A stretch of 63,964 bases of DNA, the filler included, from Deltaproteobacteria bacterium (GTDB lineage Bacteria; JACQOV01), in the NCBI GenBank assembly GCA_016202395.1. It is 5 parts of 5 records of this genome, joined end to end, with 100 filler letters (N's around TTAATTAATTAA, not from the genome) between each part and the next. Parts side by side here need not be neighbours in the genome. Positions count along the whole stretch, not along the records: positions 50,657 to 63,964 come from JACQOV010000019.1; 4 more parts are not named here. One strand, 5' to 3'. Positions 59,581-63,964 of the stretch are shown one piece after another. The notes beneath the pieces were generated by a model. The model saw nothing but the letters and a program-made list of their open reading frames with translations, did not search any database and was not told the origin of the DNA. The position numbers and the translations under genes are program-made. Numbering within the stretch: position 1 is the first letter of the stretch; each line of letters begins with the position of its first letter.

Positions 59581-62082
59581 CTAAGATCCCTCGTTCCGGG
59601 CTTCAGGCCTCGCATCATTCTCCACCGCCGCCGAGAGTTTGGCGGCAGTCTCTTCAATGGCAAAGGCCTCTAGAAAATCCCCCACTTGGATGTCATCAAA
59701 GTTCTCAACCCCAATGCCGCATTCAAAGCCATTGGCAACCTCTCGAGCATCATCCTTAAATCGTTTGAGAGAGCGGATCTTTCCTTCGAACATCGTCTCT
59801 TTGCCCCGTCGAACACGAATCCGAGCGCTGCGGGCAATCTTTCCGTCCGTGACGAAACATCCCGCGATCGTCCCCATTTTGGAGACTTTAAACAACTCTC
59901 GCACCTCCGCATGCCCCAAAAGCACCTCTTGGGCAATCGGCTCAAGTAACCCTTCCATCGCTTTGCGAACTTCATCCACCAGTTCATAAATGATCTCGTA
60001 GAGCTTAATCTCAACCCCTTCCTGTTTCGCCGTGTCTTTGGCCTTCCCATCGGATCGAACGTTAAAACCGATGACCACCGCATCGGAGGCAGAGGCCAGG
60101 AGAACATCATTCTCGGTCACATTTCCGACCCCCTTATGGATAATATCGATTCGAACCTGCTCCGTCCCCAAACGCTGCAAGACCTGTTCGATGGCCTCCA
60201 CGGATCCCATCACATCCGCTTTCAAAACCACTTGGAGCTCTTTAATTTTCCCCTCTTTCAATCGTTTGTAGAGATCTTCTAAGGTAGTTTTGCTCCCTTT
60301 TTGTTCGATCGCTCCCTTTCTTTGTTGGAGACGATTTTCCATGACTTCTCGGGCGTCCTCCTCATTAGCAACGACGGAGAAGGTCTCCCCTGCGCTCGGA
60401 AGTTCGCTTAACCCCAAAACCTCGGTGGGATAGGAAGGCCCCACCTGTTGAATTCGTTCCCCTCGATCATTCTGAAGGGCTCGCACACGACCCTGCGTCA
60501 CGCCACAAACCGCAATATCCCCCACCTTGAGAGTCCCCTGCTGCACAATCACTGTGACCACAGGCCCACGTCCTTTATCGAGCCTCGCCTCAACGACGGT
60601 TCCGAAAGCCCTCTGCGAAGGATTGGCTTTCAGTTCCAAAACCTCTGCTTGAAGAAGGATCATCTCCAGCAAGGTATCCACCCCTTTTCTCTGCTTGGCA
60701 GAAACAGGGACGAAAATATTCTCTCCCCCCCACTCCTCTGAAACAAGCCCTACCTCTGCAAGACCTCGTTTGACCTTTTCAGGATCAGCGCCAGGTTTAT
60801 CGATTTTATTGATCGCTACGATAATTGGAACATGGGCCGCCTTGGCATGATCGATCGCCTCTCGCGTCTGCGGCATCACTCCGTCGTCGGCAGCGACAAC
60901 GAGAATAACAATGTCGGTGATTTTCGCTCCGCGAGCTCGCATCGCTGTGAAAGCTTCATGCCCCGGGGTGTCGAGAAAAACGACATCCCCTTTTGGAGTT
61001 GCCACAGCGTAGGCCCCAATGTGTTGCGTGATCCCACCCGCCTCTTTATCAGCGACTCGTGTCTCACGAATGGCATCCAATAACGTAGTTTTTCCATGGT
61101 CCACATGCCCCATCACGGTAACCACCGGAGGACGAGGTTTGAGATCCACAGAGTCCACGGTGGGAGTTGTGGGAAGAACTTCTTGCTCTCTAAAGACCTC
61201 TTGCTGCATCTCAAAACCAAACTCGTGAGCCACCAAAGAGGCTGTATCAAAATCGATGGACTGGTTCAGACTGACCAGACTCCCCATCTTCACTAACTTT
61301 TGAATGAGCTCCGTCCCCTTGATTCCCATTCGATGCGCCAGTTCCCCAACAGCCACAGAATTAGCCATCTTGATGATCCGCTTGCTCGCTTTAGGAGTAG
61401 TGATATCAGTCTTCTTGCCGACCCGTTGTAATGGTGTCCTTCTTTTCTTTCGAGAAGTTCCAATCAAACGCTCAGTGGTATCTGTAAGATCTCCAAAGAG
61501 ATCCCCCCCCGTTCGAGCCAAAACTCGTCGTCGAAGTTTCTTTTCATCCTCTTCTACCAAACCGCCTAGCTTCTTTTTGCGAGCCTTCCTCTTCGCCTCC
61601 TCATCCAGATCGAGCTGGATCCGTTGATCCAACACCTTCGCTGTTTTGACTCCGGGGGTCACTGAAACCTCTTTTTTGGGAGATATTCCCTCACTGGAAG
61701 GCTCGGACTTCGCTGGAGACAAGGCTGTTGGAGGGGCCACCGGTTCTAAAGGACTGGACTTTGAAGGAACGGGCTCCAAATGGACAGGGACGGAGGGGGC
61801 AATCTCTTCAGAAGGCTTGGACTGGAGTTCCTCTTTGGGCGTCTCTAGAGGCTCTGGAGGAGGAACGCTGCCCGCTCGACGGCGGATAACAGTGGATTTT
61901 ATCCGTTTCTCGACGACAGGAGCCTTCCCTTCGGCTCCGAAAAAACTCTGAATCTTCTTAATATCTTCTTCGGAAAGATTGCTCGCATGGGTTCGAACCT
62001 CAATGCCCATCTCCTTGAGTTTGTCGATGAGCTCTTTGGCTTCGATTCCCAGTTTTTTGGCCAGTTCGAAAACTTTCATCAT
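59581..62082 (-). CDS. infB: Translation initiation factor IF-2
   Basis: [25 protein letters not shown]. Confidence 0.98.
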   Translation of the reverse strand: MMKVFELAKKLGIEAKELIDKLKEMGIEVRTHASNLSEEDIKKIQSFFGAEGKAPVVEKRIKSTVIRRRAGSVPPPEPLETPKEELQSKPSEEIAPSVPVHLEPVPSKSSPLEPVAPPTALSPAKSEPSSEGISPKKEVSVTPGVKTAKVLDQRIQLDLDEEAKRKARKKKLGGLVEEDEKKLRRRVLARTGGDLFGDLTDTTERLIGTSRKKRRTPLQRVGKKTDITTPKASKRIIKMANSVAVGELAHRMGIKGTELIQKLVKMGSLVSLNQSIDFDTASLVAHEFGFEMQQEVFREQEVLPTTPTVDSVDLKPRPPVVTVMGHVDHGKTTLLDAIRETRVADKEAGGITQHIGAYAVATPKGDVVFLDTPGHEAFTAMRARGAKITDIVILVVAADDGVMPQTREAIDHAKAAHVPIIVAINKIDKPGADPEKVKRGLAEVGLVSEEWGGENIFVPVSAKQRKGVDTLLEMILLQAEVLELKANPSQRAFGTVVEARLDKGRGPVVTVIVQQGTLKVGDIAVCGVTQGRVRALQNDRGERIQQVGPSYPTEVLGLSELPSAGETFSVVANEEDAREVMENRLQQRKGAIEQKGSKTTLEDLYKRLKEGKIKELQVVLKADVMGSVEAIEQVLQRLGTEQVRIDIIHKGVGNVTENDVLLASASDAVVIGFNVRSDGKAKDTAKQEGVEIKLYEIIYELVDEVRKAMEGLLEPIAQEVLLGHAEVRELFKVSKMGTIAGCFVTDGKIARSARIRVRRGKETMFEGKIRSLKRFKDDAREVANGFECGIGVENFDDIQVGDFLEAFAIEETAAKLSAAVENDARPEARNEGS

Positions 62083-62102
62083 CTTTTAAAATATCCTTCT
62101 TA

Positions 62103-63413
62103 TCAAACATCGCTGGAACTCTTGGAAGAAGATTCCGAAACGGATGATTCCACGCACACCTCTGGAGTCTGCGTCGTTTGGATAGCCAGAAGCTTCGCAG
62201 CCCCTTCTACAATCCGTTGCGCTTTTTCCAATCCCACACCTGGCAGGATACGAAGATCCTCCACCTTCGCTTTCGAAAGATCTCCTAAAGAATGGTACCC
62301 TTGGCTGAAGAGAAGCCCCGCGAATTTATCGTCCACCTCTTCAATTTGACAAAAATCCGTTTTGGCCTTATCCACTTGCTCCTTGACTTTAGATTCACTT
62401 TGGATGTCAATATTCCATCCTGTGAGTTGAACCGCGAGCCGAACGTTTTGGCCCTTGCGACCTATCGCTAATGAGAGCTGTTCATCGGGGACAATGACCT
62501 CCATCGATTTGCTCGCCTCATCCATAACCACCTCCGCTACCTCGGCAGGGGCCAAAGCGTTACAAACAAGCTTGGCGGGATCGGAAGACCATGGGACGAT
62601 ATCAATCTTCTCCCCACGCAATTCCTGCACAACACTTTGCACGCGAGATCCCTTGACCCCAACACAAGCCCCCACGGGATCCACATCAGAATCACTGGAA
62701 GCCACAGCAATCTTGGCGCGCCCTCCCGGTTCCCTTGCCGCAACTTTAATCTCCACAATCTTCTCGTAGATTTCAGGAACCTCCACTTCGAAGAGTTTCT
62801 TCAAAAAATCCGAGCTCGACCGTGAAAGAATAATCTGAGGTCCCCGAGTGGCCTTCTCGATCTCAAGCACATAGGCCCGGACACGATCTCCCACTCGGAA
62901 TCGCTCACCGGGAATCTGCTCCCGAGGCGGAAGAATGGCCTCGGTCCTGCCCAAGTCCACCACAAGATTGCCCCGCTCGAAGCGTCTCACAATGCCGTTC
63001 ACAATCTCCCCTTGGCGCTGAGTAAATTCATTGTAGATCACTTCACGTTCGGCATCTCGAACCTTTTGGATGATGACCTGTTTGGCCATCTGAGCTGAGA
63101 TTCGGCCAAAGCCTGAGATATCCATTTTGACGCCCAAGCTATCCCCCAACTGGCACTCGGGATCCAGTTTGGACGCCTCTTGAAACGAGATCTGAGAACT
63201 CGGATCTTCAACCTTTTCCGCAACAGTCTTAAACTCAAAAAGCTCCACTTCACCCACCTCTTCATTAAATCGAGCCTCGATCTCCTTCTCGATGCCAAAT
63301 TTCTTCTTGGCAGCGCTCAGCATTGCCGACTCAATGGCATCGATCAGGACCGCTTTGTCGATCCCTTTGTCTTTTCCAACCTGTTCTATCACTCGATTCA
63401 AATCAATAAACAT
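62103..63413 (-). CDS. nusA: Transcription termination factor NusA
   Basis: FGRISAQ, S1 and KH domains, AIGRKGQNVRLA. Confidence 0.97.
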   Translation of the reverse strand: MFIDLNRVIEQVGKDKGIDKAVLIDAIESAMLSAAKKKFGIEKEIEARFNEEVGEVELFEFKTVAEKVEDPSSQISFQEASKLDPECQLGDSLGVKMDISGFGRISAQMAKQVIIQKVRDAEREVIYNEFTQRQGEIVNGIVRRFERGNLVVDLGRTEAILPPREQIPGERFRVGDRVRAYVLEIEKATRGPQIILSRSSSDFLKKLFEVEVPEIYEKIVEIKVAAREPGGRAKIAVASSDSDVDPVGACVGVKGSRVQSVVQELRGEKIDIVPWSSDPAKLVCNALAPAEVAEVVMDEASKSMEVIVPDEQLSLAIGRKGQNVRLAVQLTGWNIDIQSESKVKEQVDKAKTDFCQIEEVDDKFAGLLFSQGYHSLGDLSKAKVEDLRILPGVGLEKAQRIVEGAAKLLAIQTTQTPEVCVESSVSESSSKSSSDV

Positions 63414-63424
63414 GCCTCAAACTC

Positions 63425-63913
63425 CTATGACTCCAATCGATGAGCTTTAACGATCGATTTCCACGGGATCCTCGTATCTCCTCTCCCTTCCACTTGAATC
63501 TTAATCCCAAAATCTTCCACTAAAAGAAGTTCTCCTTTAAAATTGCGCGCCCCCCCAATAGATTCTCTTGTCTTCACGCGCACGAGCGAACCCTTGTGTC
63601 TATCAAAATCCCCCCTCTTTTTCAATGGACGCTCTAAACCGGGTGAAGAAACCTCCAGGTGATACCGATGAGGGAGGACCTCCTCGACATCCAAAAGGGT
63701 GCTCACCTCCTCGCTAAAACGACTGCAATCCCCCACCGTCACCCCACCAAGAGCATCGATATAGAATCGCAGCACCCAACCCACTGGCTCCCGCCGATAC
63801 TCTATAGCGACAAGTTCCAACCCCTGACTCACCGCCACAGGAGTTACCAGTTCCTCGATCTTTTGCTCAATCTGTTGCTCAATCTGTTGGATGACCGGAT
63901 CCTGCAACATCAC
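63425..63913 (-). CDS. rimP: Ribosome maturation factor RimP
   Basis: LEVSSPGLERPL; upstream of nusA. Confidence 0.95.
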   Translation of the reverse strand: MMLQDPVIQQIEQQIEQKIEELVTPVAVSQGLELVAIEYRREPVGWVLRFYIDALGGVTVGDCSRFSEEVSTLLDVEEVLPHRYHLEVSSPGLERPLKKRGDFDRHKGSLVRVKTRESIGGARNFKGELLLVEDFGIKIQVEGRGDTRIPWKSIVKAHRLES

Positions 63914-63964
63914 CCTCCCTCAGGAGCCTGTCGGAGTAATGCTCCGGCTGCAAATTTCACTGGC

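Noticed and set aside
63924-63964. gagcctgtcggag... as a possible IS/MITE end
   Set aside because: Cut by the window edge; no partner repeat visible

Overview
Bacterial draft or metagenome-assembled DNA, deltaproteobacteria-like by gene content (inference). Five contigs are joined by artificial 100-nt N/TTAATTAATTAA/N spacers, so adjacency across spacers is not biological. Most genes are housekeeping or accessory: CCA-adding enzyme, beta-oxidation (fadN frameshifted), metH, ogt, uvrA, trmI, gshA, Clp ATPase/degP, ntrBC-like, mltD-anmK, rimP-nusA-infB-rbfA-nrnA-truB. Highlights: (1) an AT-rich operon downstream of truB encoding serine palmitoyltransferase, a ceramide-synthase-like GNAT, an MMPL exporter and a sensor kinase, a candidate sphingolipid make-export-sense system; (2) more candidate sphingolipid genes elsewhere (second bCerS-like gene; lipid kinase plus Tam41-like cytidylyltransferase); (3) a complete sigma54 promoter with IHF site and tandem perfect palindromes, upstream of a tiny zinc-ribbon ORF and an NtrC-type regulator/kinase pair; (4) a kinase / REC-DHp / five-HTH operon; (5) many nested MITE/REP-like elements, one in frame inside ogt. 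No rRNA, tRNA or CRISPR array was recognised.
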